Source: Methanofollis sp.
Lineage (GTDB): Archaea > Halobacteriota > Methanomicrobia > Methanomicrobiales > Methanofollaceae
DNA length: 64,000 nucleotides
Assembly: GCA_028696365.1 (NCBI GenBank)
Contig: JAQVHG010000001.1
Coordinates: 2,401-66,400 of the forward strand
Direction: 5' to 3'
The translations under genes were made by a program, and so were the position numbers. Below, one piece after another: positions 49,170 to 58,990 of the stretch (within the stretch, counting starts at the first letter, position 1; each line of letters opens with the position of its first letter). The notes beneath the pieces were generated by a model. The model made no database searches, was not told the origin of the DNA, and saw only the letters and a program-made list of their open reading frames with translations.

Positions 49170-52100
49170 TTACCGCCTCCTGTACCAGAACCCAGCAGCG
49201 ACCGCTCCAAGGATCGCAAGTACCAGGACGAAGGCAAGCAGCGGCGTACCGGTCATGGAGGCGAGAGACGATTCCTTCGTCTGCTCCTTCATGACCTTCC
49301 CGCTCACCGTCTCGCCGGAGTCACTGGACTGAGCACCCTGTTCAGCAGGAGACTGCCCGCTCGTGCCAAACCCGGCCGACGCAGCGGTTGTGTTGGTGGC
49401 GGCATTGTCTTTTCCGGTGTTCTCCTCTTTCTCGGCGACAACATCACCGTCAGTCTTCTGCTGCGGAGCGGGATCCCAGTCTCCACCACCGCCAGAAGAA
49501 CTAGAACTCCGCTGCTGCGGAACGCTGCTGGCCACCCCGTCGATATACTCGCCAAGGACAAGGTTCCCGCAGGTATGGTGACAGCAGGTCACGCCATGCG
49601 CATCCACCGACTTCTGGTACTCCTTGGCAAGGTTCTGCTTCACCGCCTCACTTGGATTCCAGTTGCCAGTGCGGGCCGCGTCCAGCATCCGGGCGGCCAT
49701 GGACTGGAAGGCATGGGGGTTGTTGCTGTCCATGTACTCGGTGACCCCAAGGTCATGGCAGTCCTCCACATACGCCTCATAGACGCTGTCCCACATCTCG
49801 CCGGTGATGAGATCTGGCATGCTCACGTCCCAGACCCACATATTCTCAACAAATCCGTCCATATAACGGGCACCGTCAGACCCGTGTTCCATCATGCCCT
49901 TGATCCAGGCAGGGTTGAGGTAGCGCGAGTAGAGGTCGCGGCTGACAAATTTCTCCAGGGTCTCGACCACTTCACCATCGGGATCCCTGAGATTGTTGAT
50001 GTACATCTCTGGTGCATTGCCGGAGACATGCTCGATTGCCAGGCTCAATCCGCCGAAATAGGCGGCGACCTGTGAGTGATCAAGCGCCCCGTAGAGGTTG
50101 GACGATCTGCTGAAGACCCCGCAGTCGACGTCGCCCAGGTTTTCTTTGAAGACGTCGGTATACTGCTCTCCCCAAATCTCTGTGCCATAGATGTAGCCCA
50201 TTCTGTTGATGAAGAGGTCGGCGATCTTCTGCCGGTCTTCCCAGGTGTCGCTGGCGCCGATGGCACGTTCAATACCGGTACCATAGGAGTCGGGCGGGGG
50301 ACAGAAGATACGGGCACGTGAGAGTTGGCGCGCCTCGTCCTCAGTGTACCCAGCCTCTCGAAGGCTCTGATATATCGCCTCGGCATGTACTTTCACGTAG
50401 TTTGGCGTTGCACCGTCGTCGGCCTCAGCGGCAAGCCGTACCGCCTTCTCGATGAGTTCGAGTTTGCTGCCGTACAGATCACGGTACGGACCCGAGGTGG
50501 TGACCAGCACATCGATCCTGGGCCGACCGAGTTCGGAGGATGGGATGAGTTCCACGTCTTTCACACGGTTGCGCGTGTCCCAGACCGGCTGGACGCCGAG
50601 CATCGCGAAGATCTCTGATTCCATGATGCCCTGGGTGCGCGAGGTCTCGCACGACCAGAGGAGGAAGGCGACCTTGTCTGGATATTCACCATCCGCCTCA
50701 AGTTGGATCTGGAGCAGGTCGTCGCCCATCTCTTTTCCTACCTCCCATGCCGCACGCGTTGGGACTGTTCGGTCGTCGAAGGTGTGGAGGTTCCTGCCGG
50801 TCGGCAGGGCGTCTGGATTTCTTATAGGGTCTCCGTTCGGACCGGGTGGGATATATTTCGCCTCAAGTGCGTCGAGGATCCGCGGGATCTCGACAGAACA
50901 CGCATTGATACGCTCGAGGTATCCCAGGGCCAGGTCAAGGTCGGAGGTGATGGCAGACGACGTGGTCCCGAGCACCTCCAACTGGGCGCTTGCCGGTGAT
51001 GTGCCGTTGAGGACCACGGCGCTGAGGAGCACGGTTGACGCGCCTTTGGCCTGGTCGACCGTGACGACGTGTTCTTTATACTCCTGTCCGAGCATCGCCT
51101 CGATCATCGCGACCAGGCTCTCTCCTTCCGGCACCTCACTGAGGACATGAGCCCCGTACGGCATGAGGGTGGTCTTCATCTCCCGCAGATACCTGCTGAG
51201 GTCTGGGAGGAATGCCTCAAAGGCGTCGGGATCGTCCTGCAGGGTGGTCAGGTCGACGTCAAGAGCACGGTCAAGGCGCTGTTCCTGCACGGCGGCAAGA
51301 ATTTCTTCTTTGTACTGGGCCTTCACCGCATCGTCGGCGACCGACCCATAGTTTGCGATGGAATCCTCAAGGTCTGCAAATGAGCCATAGAGCCCTGAGG
51401 GGACAATGACCGGCGTCATGAAATCGACAACGGCCATGTTCGCACGGCGGGAACTGGACGTCCCCGGTGCATCCATCGGCACGATGTGGATGTGCGGCAT
51501 GTCGCCGTTCATGATCGCTCCCCAGTCGTCGGCGGCAAGGCCTGCCTCTTTCCCTGGCATCAGCACCATGTTGGAGAAGACAGAGAAGATCGCGTCGGCT
51601 TCATGGACTTGATCCATGTACCGGTAGAAGGCAAGGCACTGGTGCGTGGGAGGGACTGAGCCATCGTGATAGATCGTGCCGTCGTCCTGGTTCCAGCCCC
51701 ACAATGGATGAGGCGCAAGGACGACATTGCCGTACGTGATGGTTGGGATGACGAGTGAGCCGTCATGGACCATGATCTCTCCTGGCGGCGGCCCCCAGAC
51801 CGCGATCATCTCGTCCTGTTTTTCCTGGGGGAGGGTGTGGAACCACTCAAGGTACTGCGATTCTGGTATCAGGATGCAGTCTCCCTGCTGAACACGCTGT
51901 TCCAGGATCTCAGGGGCCCACGTCGCGATGTTGTGGCCTCTGGTCTTCATCAATGTCGCAAGTTCGTCGGCGTCAGGGAGGGGTTCTGAGCCGAGGTCGT
52001 AGCCGCGCTCTTGCATCGCACCGAGCAGTGCCGAGAGACTAGCGGGTGCGTCGAGGTAATAATCGATGTCGGCGCCGACATTGACTTTCCCGCCGGCTGC

Positions 52101-53975
52101 GGCATAGTAGGGGATCACAATCTTCTTCTCGCCATTGGAGGCGCGATGGAGCCTGGCCCACCCAAGGACTCGCTCGGTCAGCCATGCCACCTGGTCGTCG
52201 ATCGGTTTGTTGCAGAGGGTACCGGTATCTGAGTTCAGTTCCTTGGCGGCGATGACGATCGGTTCGATGAGACCGTCCTGTTCTGCATAACTTAACTGGT
52301 ATCTTTGTCTGAGGTCGACGCCATGAGGGCTGTTCCTCCATGTTGTCTCATTCGTATAGAAGAGCCCAAAGGCGTTGAATGTGGGGACATTCAGTTTCTG
52401 CAGGTCTTCGATACCGCGTTCTGGATCCTTGGAATTGAGCCTATGGCCTCCGGTCGAGACTCGAACCGCGGTTTCAATAAGCGCTTCATCGTCTTTGAAG
52501 AAATATCCAACTCCCATAGGATCTTTACGACTATAGGTGGCCACAATGACATTTGCACCCTTATCCTCGAACGACCTGATCACACCATCAAAGAGCGCTC
52601 TGTCTCGATCAAGGTACTTGAATGAACTGAACATGATCCCGACGGTCGGCGCTGCGGCGTCATAGGTGTCTGTGGTCGTATACCAGTCCAGATAACTGGC
52701 AGAGTCGAAAAAAATCCCGGGTGCGTCGGGGTGATAGATCCCATAGATCGGACGTTCTTCAGGTGGCTCCACGCTCATACTGAGATTGCAATAGGTTACA
52801 CCAATAAAACGGGCAAGGTTGTTGCCATTTTTCTCCGAAATGTATGTAATATACTCCTGGATCGTGGAGAATTCGTCGTCTGCAGGATCGACAGTATGAA
52901 GATGATAACTCTGTTCTAGCGCGCCACAGGCAATGACCTCGGCACCTTTCTCCCTGGCCTGCATCACAGTGTCTTTAAGTGCGTTAAGGGCTGTTGGAGT
53001 TAGATGGTAGAGGATAATAACATCTGAATTTCCGAGATCAAAGGGGGAATCTTTGTATGATGTAGCCAGATACGCGGTCGCGTTTATCTCCGCACTGATG
53101 AAAGGGTCGTCGGCGACGGTATTCATCAACTTGACTTCAGAATTACCCTTTGTGACAAAACTGATCTCTGGCCTGTCGGCGGGAGGCACTGGTGCGGTGA
53201 GGTTGTGGGATGTCCCATATCCGACTTCGTCCAGTGCGAGGATGAGATTGTTGAGGTTCTCCTCTCCGCCGTAGAGCCAGTACCTGGTCATGTTCTCGTC
53301 TACAGGGATACCGGCAGCAGGACCGTCACTGAGACCAAAGGTGATCACGGTGGCGTTCTCATTCAGGGTGGCATTGACCGATTCCACGGTGGTGTTGTCG
53401 AGTGATGCCAGGAATAGAAGGCTCTCATTGGAAAAGTCGTATAGGAGCGCACTTGTCTCGTTGAGGAGCGTCACGTTCAGGGGCGCGGCGGCCGCAACAG
53501 TGTCCAGGGCTTTAGGTATACTGGTTTCGTTGACGACAAAGGTAAGGCGGTGGAGCGTCTTGTTCTCTTCCAGTACGGTGGTGTTGGAGTCCTCGATCAG
53601 GGTGCTGTTCGATGCTTCCTCCAGCACCTCTGGAGTCACGGTCACCACAGGGGTGGCGTTCTCTGCGGCGGGAACCTCCTCGGTAATGTTCGCGGTCGAC
53701 TCAGGGGTAATGTTCTCCGCGACGGGGTCAGCGACATCCTCTGCAGAAGTGTTCCCTGCTCCACCACCTATACTCTCGGTGGTATTCACCGACGTTTGAT
53801 CGTCCGTGTGGGGAGGAGTGGTGATGTCGTTGTCGTCTCCGTCCAGGGTGGTGTTGGAGGTCTCGCCCTCTTCAGGGACGGTGCCGCGTTCCAGTAGGAC
53901 GTCAGGTGCGTACGCTCCCACACACTGGAAGATCAGCAGCAGGACGAGAAGGCATGCAATGATGGACCGCTTCAT
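49170..53975 (-). CDS. Secreted, C-terminally anchored CobN/ChlH-family chelatase-like protein (HmuS/BtuS-like)
   Basis: ATG 53975 with GGAG RBS; signal peptide; LPTGRN, LGRPRIDV, SG.YRD, YLNPAWIKGMM.HG and CCHHTC motifs; C-terminal TM plus WYRRR. Confidence 0.88.
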   Translation of the reverse strand: MKRSIIACLLVLLLIFQCVGAYAPDVLLERGTVPEEGETSNTTLDGDDNDITTPPHTDDQTSVNTTESIGGGAGNTSAEDVADPVAENITPESTANITEEVPAAENATPVVTVTPEVLEEASNSTLIEDSNTTVLEENKTLHRLTFVVNETSIPKALDTVAAAAPLNVTLLNETSALLYDFSNESLLFLASLDNTTVESVNATLNENATVITFGLSDGPAAGIPVDENMTRYWLYGGEENLNNLILALDEVGYGTSHNLTAPVPPADRPEISFVTKGNSEVKLMNTVADDPFISAEINATAYLATSYKDSPFDLGNSDVIILYHLTPTALNALKDTVMQAREKGAEVIACGALEQSYHLHTVDPADDEFSTIQEYITYISEKNGNNLARFIGVTYCNLSMSVEPPEERPIYGIYHPDAPGIFFDSASYLDWYTTTDTYDAAAPTVGIMFSSFKYLDRDRALFDGVIRSFEDKGANVIVATYSRKDPMGVGYFFKDDEALIETAVRVSTGGHRLNSKDPERGIEDLQKLNVPTFNAFGLFYTNETTWRNSPHGVDLRQRYQLSYAEQDGLIEPIVIAAKELNSDTGTLCNKPIDDQVAWLTERVLGWARLHRASNGEKKIVIPYYAAAGGKVNVGADIDYYLDAPASLSALLGAMQERGYDLGSEPLPDADELATLMKTRGHNIATWAPEILEQRVQQGDCILIPESQYLEWFHTLPQEKQDEMIAVWGPPPGEIMVHDGSLVIPTITYGNVVLAPHPLWGWNQDDGTIYHDGSVPPTHQCLAFYRYMDQVHEADAIFSVFSNMVLMPGKEAGLAADDWGAIMNGDMPHIHIVPMDAPGTSSSRRANMAVVDFMTPVIVPSGLYGSFADLEDSIANYGSVADDAVKAQYKEEILAAVQEQRLDRALDVDLTTLQDDPDAFEAFLPDLSRYLREMKTTLMPYGAHVLSEVPEGESLVAMIEAMLGQEYKEHVVTVDQAKGASTVLLSAVVLNGTSPASAQLEVLGTTSSAITSDLDLALGYLERINACSVEIPRILDALEAKYIPPGPNGDPIRNPDALPTGRNLHTFDDRTVPTRAAWEVGKEMGDDLLQIQLEADGEYPDKVAFLLWSCETSRTQGIMESEIFAMLGVQPVWDTRNRVKDVELIPSSELGRPRIDVLVTTSGPYRDLYGSKLELIEKAVRLAAEADDGATPNYVKVHAEAIYQSLREAGYTEDEARQLSRARIFCPPPDSYGTGIERAIGASDTWEDRQKIADLFINRMGYIYGTEIWGEQYTDVFKENLGDVDCGVFSRSSNLYGALDHSQVAAYFGGLSLAIEHVSGNAPEMYINNLRDPDGEVVETLEKFVSRDLYSRYLNPAWIKGMMEHGSDGARYMDGFVENMWVWDVSMPDLITGEMWDSVYEAYVEDCHDLGVTEYMDSNNPHAFQSMAARMLDAARTGNWNPSEAVKQNLAKEYQKSVDAHGVTCCHHTCGNLVLGEYIDGVASSVPQQRSSSSSGGGGDWDPAPQQKTDGDVVAEKEENTGKDNAATNTTAASAGFGTSGQSPAEQGAQSSDSGETVSGKVMKEQTKESSLASMTGTPLLAFVLVLAILGAVAAGFWYRRR

Positions 53976-54482
53976 GGATGCGCACACTCCCGGGCATCAT
54001 GAAAAGATCCTGACGGGCTGTAAGCCGCCTCTGCATACCAGGTGAATATTTCGACGCCCTCTCCAGACATCGTGCCCTGCATTTCTATACCTGAGCGCGG
54101 AGGACTGATCCCCGCACCCTGATCTCCCGTCTCCCGAGCGATGTCTGCACTGCGGTGCCCGGGATCTGGTATTATTTTTCGTAGATCGACACTCGTGTAC
54201 ATAGAATACCCTGTCTGAAATTTCTTTGAGCTGTGTTCAATTCAGGAAATAGAGATTGAATGGCGGGGTGCTGCACATTTCGTCTCTACTTGAGATCAAA
54301 ATCGACATCCCAACCTGTGTACTTACAAAGCGGTTCGGGAACGATAATCTCTATCCAAAAAATCGTCCGAAATTGATTATATCCGAAAAATGTTCGATTT
54401 AGAGTAATTTTTTTGGGTAGATGAGAATTTTTAGGGCTTAGATCAATATAGAGGGGGCAAAGATCCCCAGATATAATTTCTA

Positions 54483-54850
54483 GGCTCTGTAGAAACCCTC
54501 ACCTCTTGTGTGGGAGAGATGTGTGTCATCCGCCTTCCCACTCTTTGACCGGGGGCGCTGCCCCTGGACCCCCAGGATGAAGATAGGGCCGGGAAGACAC
54601 CATCAATGATCGTGAAGAGCGTATTGCCGTCTGCCATCAATTGCTCGCGCGTCGGGGATCGGGGGGCGGCCAACCCCCCGCAGAGATGGCCATCCCGAGC
54701 ATTTCTACAGAGCCAGCGCTGTAGAAACCCTCACCCCTTCCTGGGTGTGAACATGACTCACCTACCTTCCTACATCTTTGGCCGGGGGCGAGTGCCACCC
54801 TGACCCCCTGAGACCACGATGAGGACGGGAAGGCAGAATAGATGACCAGT
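54483..54850 (+). mobile_element. Two tandem family A elements (54483-54714 full; 54715 to about 54850 right-truncated)
   Basis: GGCTCTGTAGAAA...TTTCTACAGAGCC immediately followed by AGCGCTGTAGAAACCCTCACC. Confidence 0.82.
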
Positions 54851-55056
54851 CCCTCCCAAGGGAATAGTATAGATCCATGCCCTTTTCAGAGGCCCATGAT
54901 ATTTTCATCGTGTATCCTTGAGCCAGAGGATCTTCCCCTCCCCCTCTTTTTTCGAGATTGAAAGAGTATGTTCATCAAGCAAATCATATATCAGATGAGA
55001 ATAATATTTATTTCATATTACATACGCAGAAGTCCTATACTTCGCCGGTGAGGTGG

Positions 55057-55402
55057 TGCATCGTCATTATGGTTGCACGTATGCACTGGATTGCACCGGG
55101 TTTGCACTTCAAGAATGTCACTGAACAGAAGGGTATTTTGAACTCTTTTCCTTCATCCATGGATTTTAATCCGGAATGTATTCTCATGTGCACTCATACA
55201 CAGACCACACACGCCCACACCTGTAGCCTGACCGACCTGGGGTAGTGGGTGTGTCTCAATTTGAGTGCAATATAGTACTAGAGGAGAGAGAGATCTCTCT
55301 CCTCTCTTTAGATAAGATACTCTGAGCCTGTTTTTCCGTCCTTGTTCTTTGCATTTTTTCAGCGCAATTTCAGTGCACATGAGGTGCAAATATGCAAATC
55401 AT
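55057..55402. other. ORF-poor region with inverted, phased TGCA arrays around a purine/pyrimidine hairpin
   Basis: TGCA at 55057, 55074, 55082, 55092, 55103, 55189, 55266, 55350, 55374, 55385, 55393; stem AGAGGAGAGAG/CTCTCTCCTCT at 55280-55305. Confidence 0.55.
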
Positions 55403-55631
55403 GGCTCTGTAGAAACCCTCACCAATTCTTGGTGTGAGCGCAACTCAACCCCCTTCCCTCATCATCTCGCCGGGGGCTTGCCCCCGGACCCCCTGGATAG
55501 CGATGGGGACGGGAAGGCACAATGGACGACTGTGACGAGAGTGCTGCCGTCCTCGATGAATCGTGCCGCGGGGGGTTTGGGGGGTGCAGCCCCCCGCCAC
55601 CGAGAGGAGCTAGGAGGATTTCTACAGAGCC
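55403..55631 (+). mobile_element. Family A element with degenerate 8-bp TSD
   Basis: Perfect 13-bp TIRs; flanks CAAATCAT and GAAATTAT (6/8). Confidence 0.88.
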
Positions 55632-55632
55632 G

Positions 55633-56276
55633 AAATTATCTTGAACTCACTACCGTTCGTATCTCGAAGATCGAAGATCTTCTTAAAGAGGAGATTTTCT
55701 GTCTACGACCTATCTTGGCATGAGGGGTGTGGGTGTGGGTGTGGGGGCGGCACGCCCCTCTCCGCTGGAATCCATCCAGAGGGTATCTATAAATCCTAAA
55801 GATTACCCTGTAGAAACCCTCACTATTTCTCGGTGCGAGCGTGATTCAACCGCATTTCCCCATTTTCTCGCCGGGGGCGTTGCCCCCAAAATCCCGGAAG
55901 ATTTCTACAGAGCCCAAACCATCTTCATCTGATCTGGTGGCGATCTTCTCCCTCACACTGGCCCCATGATGAGGACGATAGGCCCTGTAGATTCCTCACC
56001 AATTCTTAGAGATCATCCCAAAACTCTGGCTCTGTAGAACCATCTTAATGATTCTCTTCGGCGGGGTGCGTGCCGCCCCCCCCCGAACCTCTACGTGAAG
56101 ATAGATAGCAGACGGCATTACCCTCTCCATGATCATTGGTTGTGCTTTCCCAGCCCAATCTTCGTCCCAGAGGTCCGAGGGCAGAATCCCCAGTGTGAGC
56201 ATGGAGGAAGGCGGAGGAATCATACTCGAACCAAGAAAAGTGAGGTTTTTTACACAGCCGTGAATTCTACAAAGCC
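55633..56276. mobile_element. Repeat pile-up: module C, A fragments, short A (55804-55914), B end (56009), full A (56028-56259)
   Basis: Multiple CTGTAGA and TCTACA termini; GATCATCCCAAAACTCT. Confidence 0.72.
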
Positions 56277-56442
56277 ACGTCTCTGAAATCTTCAGAAGAA
56301 AAAACCAGACACACCCCCAAGGTGAAGGGGCGCACCAATGCGCCCCCAAGGTGTGTGAAAATTGTCTATGATATATGTCACAGTCCAGATACGCCTGCGT
56401 GATGTGGCGCATACACGCTGAGAATCTGGAAGAGTGGTTCGA

Positions 56443-56503
56443 AGATCACGACTCTTTTTCAAACGTTTGAGGGAACGTGCAGAAAAAAAGAAGTCGTGGA
56501 GAT
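56443..56503 (-). terminator. Probable mcr operon terminator (oligo-T, imperfect inverted repeat)
   Basis: TTCTTTTTTTCT on the minus strand about 15 nt after the mcrA stop; mirrored by CACGACTCTTTTTC on the plus strand. Confidence 0.55.
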
Positions 56504-56504
56504 C

Positions 56505-58211
56505 TCAGTTCTTGGCTGAGATGATGAGCGAGCGCTCGCCTGCAGGCTCGAACTCGCGGATCGCACCCTTTGCAAACTCCTTCCTCGGCTCAGCGAAGTT
56601 GAACTTGAGGGACGGGTCGGCGAAGGTGATCTTGACCAGCGGAGCGTAGCAGTACGCGTCGCCACGGCCGTAGTGGGCACCGCCGACGATAGCGGCGTAT
56701 TCGCCCTGGTGACCGACGTTCATCGCGTAGTTCGGGTAGTTCGGGCCACGGAGTTCGCCCATCAGACCGCGGTCAGGCTCCATGGAGAGGGAGTTGGCTG
56801 AACCGCACTGGTCCTGCAGGTCGTAGCCGAAGAAGCCAAGCCTCGACCAGGCGTCCTTGTGCAGGAGCATGGAGAGGTACCAGCCGTTGAGACCAGCGTT
56901 GGAGTTCCCGGTACTGATCGAGCAGGTCAGACCACAGGCTGCAGCCATGACACCGGCACGCTGGGACCCACCGAAGTGGTCTTCCATCATGGTCGGGAAC
57001 TGCTCGTACTGCTCCATGGCGTTGAGCGAGACCTCGGTGGCGAGGTCGTTGACAACGTCCTGGGTCGGCTTGAGCATGTTCTGGCCAGGCTGAGTGTAGT
57101 CGAAGCCGTACTTGTCCTTGAGGTAATCCATACCGTAGTAGGTGAACTCATCGAGGATGTTGTCGGTGTACGCCGCGGTGGCGTACTGAGTGAACCCGAC
57201 ACCGCCTGACATGTAGGATCCAAGCCAGATCTGGTCGAAGAGCATGGTCCCTGCACCGACGACCTCGAGGGCCGCCTTTGCGGGGTCGTTCGGGTACTTC
57301 CGGTTCGCCTGGATGATATCGGAGAAAAGACCGAACTTGATACCGCCTGGCTCGTTCGGGCCACGTGCACGACGGGCCGGGAGGATGGTACCCATCTGGA
57401 CAACACCAGCGTGCTTTGCGGCGAAGGACAGGTCAGCGACTGCTGCCTCACCGGCGCACATACGGTATGCGGCGATGAAGGACATCCCGATCTGCATCGC
57501 AGACCACCTGGAGGTGGTACCGCCGTCGCACGTCCTGGAGACGATAGTCGGGATGTGGATTGCCTGATACATCGAGTTGCCGACCTCGGCCTTCAGCTCC
57601 TCAGCCTGATCGGCTGGGAAGAGCTTCTCGATGTCGAGGAGGAACTGGGGTTCGATGTCGTCGGCGAGCTCGTCGTCACCGGTGAAGACCTTGACGTAGC
57701 AGTCGTCGACAAGCCCTGGGTGGGTCTCGACCATGTGTTCCTGAACCACGGCTGCACCCGGCATGGCGTGGTTGAGGGTGTGGAGATACTCGTTGATCGT
57801 CTCAGGAGTGACCTCCTTGCCAAGCCTCTTCTGGAGAGTGGCGTGGGCCATGTCCATGCCGACGATGACAGTCCTGCGGATGTCGTCCCAGAACTGCTGC
57901 ATCGCAGAGTTATTGACGAAGTGCAGGTCGTCGCCCTCGACGAAGGTGCCAGTGCCTGAGACCTCGTAGGTCATCAGCTGGCGCTGACCCATCGGGATAC
58001 CACCGAGGTGGCAGCGCTCAGGGTCGTACATGGAAATACCACGCTTGGCTTCGATTGCCTTGGTGGCTTCCATGAACTCGCGCTTTCTCGGGGACTGGCG
58101 GACGCCGTTGAAGTTGTAGAACTGAGTCTTCTCAGACTGGACGTCCTGTCCCTGGAACTTCTCTTTCAGTGACTTGAGGAACAGTTTCTGGGCTCTCTCA
58201 ATCTTTGCCAT
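56505..58211 (-). CDS. mcrA: Methyl-coenzyme M reductase alpha subunit (568 aa)
   Basis: [11 protein letters not shown] start at 58211; [39 protein letters not shown] and NYAMNVGH motifs. Confidence 0.98.
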   Translation of the reverse strand: MAKIERAQKLFLKSLKEKFQGQDVQSEKTQFYNFNGVRQSPRKREFMEATKAIEAKRGISMYDPERCHLGGIPMGQRQLMTYEVSGTGTFVEGDDLHFVNNSAMQQFWDDIRRTVIVGMDMAHATLQKRLGKEVTPETINEYLHTLNHAMPGAAVVQEHMVETHPGLVDDCYVKVFTGDDELADDIEPQFLLDIEKLFPADQAEELKAEVGNSMYQAIHIPTIVSRTCDGGTTSRWSAMQIGMSFIAAYRMCAGEAAVADLSFAAKHAGVVQMGTILPARRARGPNEPGGIKFGLFSDIIQANRKYPNDPAKAALEVVGAGTMLFDQIWLGSYMSGGVGFTQYATAAYTDNILDEFTYYGMDYLKDKYGFDYTQPGQNMLKPTQDVVNDLATEVSLNAMEQYEQFPTMMEDHFGGSQRAGVMAAACGLTCSISTGNSNAGLNGWYLSMLLHKDAWSRLGFFGYDLQDQCGSANSLSMEPDRGLMGELRGPNYPNYAMNVGHQGEYAAIVGGAHYGRGDAYCYAPLVKITFADPSLKFNFAEPRKEFAKGAIREFEPAGERSLIISAKN

Positions 58212-58216
58212 TGCAA

Positions 58217-58981
58217 TCACTCCTCCTTGGGCATGAAGCCGTACTTGGTCCTCAGCGTGTGGATGCGCTGGATGTATTCGATGTATTCCTCGTCCTCGCG
58301 GAACGCAGTCCCGACGAGTGAGTGGAACATAGTGGTGTGCTCCTTGAGCCACTTCTCGTTCATCGGCTTGCCGACATCAACCGGGCGGTCGAGGGGGACA
58401 CCGACCTGGTCCTTGACGTACTTGACGACACCGTCGTCGCCGAGGACACAGCGCTGGAGAGCGTCGAACATCATGCCGTCCTCTGCAAGACGGAGGGAGT
58501 GACCGTGCACGGTCGCACCACGGATGCCTACGGTGGCCGGGTCGAACATCTCGGTCTCGATGAGGAACTTGGCGTACTGGTCGAGGTCACGCTCGCGGCA
58601 CTCGACGATCTGACGGCCAGAGAGCGTACCGGAGTCGATAGCACGGAAGCGGTACATCTCGGCGTAGGTCCTCTGGTATGGCTGCGAGGGTGCGTTGAAC
58701 ATAGAGTCTGCAAACTGGACGTACCTGACACGGTCGCCGGCCTTCGCACCGTCGGTCGGCTTGACGATCTTGCGCATCGGGTCTTCGGGCTCCTGCTGCT
58801 CGGCCAGAGGCGGGTGAGCCGTTGGGTAGGCCGCACCAGGGGCACGGTGTCCAAGGATAAGGACGACGTCCTCATCAGTTACTGAACGAAGTTTTTCGAG
58901 TTCGTGGCCGGGGTTCATCTGGTTGCGCCTATTCTGGGCAACAATCGAAGTTCCCGGACCATACTGTGGTTTGTATGCCAT
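58217..58981 (-). CDS. mcrG: Methyl-coenzyme M reductase gamma subunit
   Basis: GHRAPG, GTLSGRQ and [12 protein letters not shown] motifs. Confidence 0.97.
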   Translation of the reverse strand: MAYKPQYGPGTSIVAQNRRNQMNPGHELEKLRSVTDEDVVLILGHRAPGAAYPTAHPPLAEQQEPEDPMRKIVKPTDGAKAGDRVRYVQFADSMFNAPSQPYQRTYAEMYRFRAIDSGTLSGRQIVECRERDLDQYAKFLIETEMFDPATVGIRGATVHGHSLRLAEDGMMFDALQRCVLGDDGVVKYVKDQVGVPLDRPVDVGKPMNEKWLKEHTTMFHSLVGTAFREDEEYIEYIQRIHTLRTKYGFMPKEE

Positions 58982-58990
58982 TTTGTAACC

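Noticed and set aside
53990-54480. Cobalamin riboswitch or NikR operator upstream of the CobN-like gene
   Set aside because: No recognisable B12 box or GTATGA-N16-TCATAC-type palindrome by eye; an Rfam scan would be needed to exclude it.
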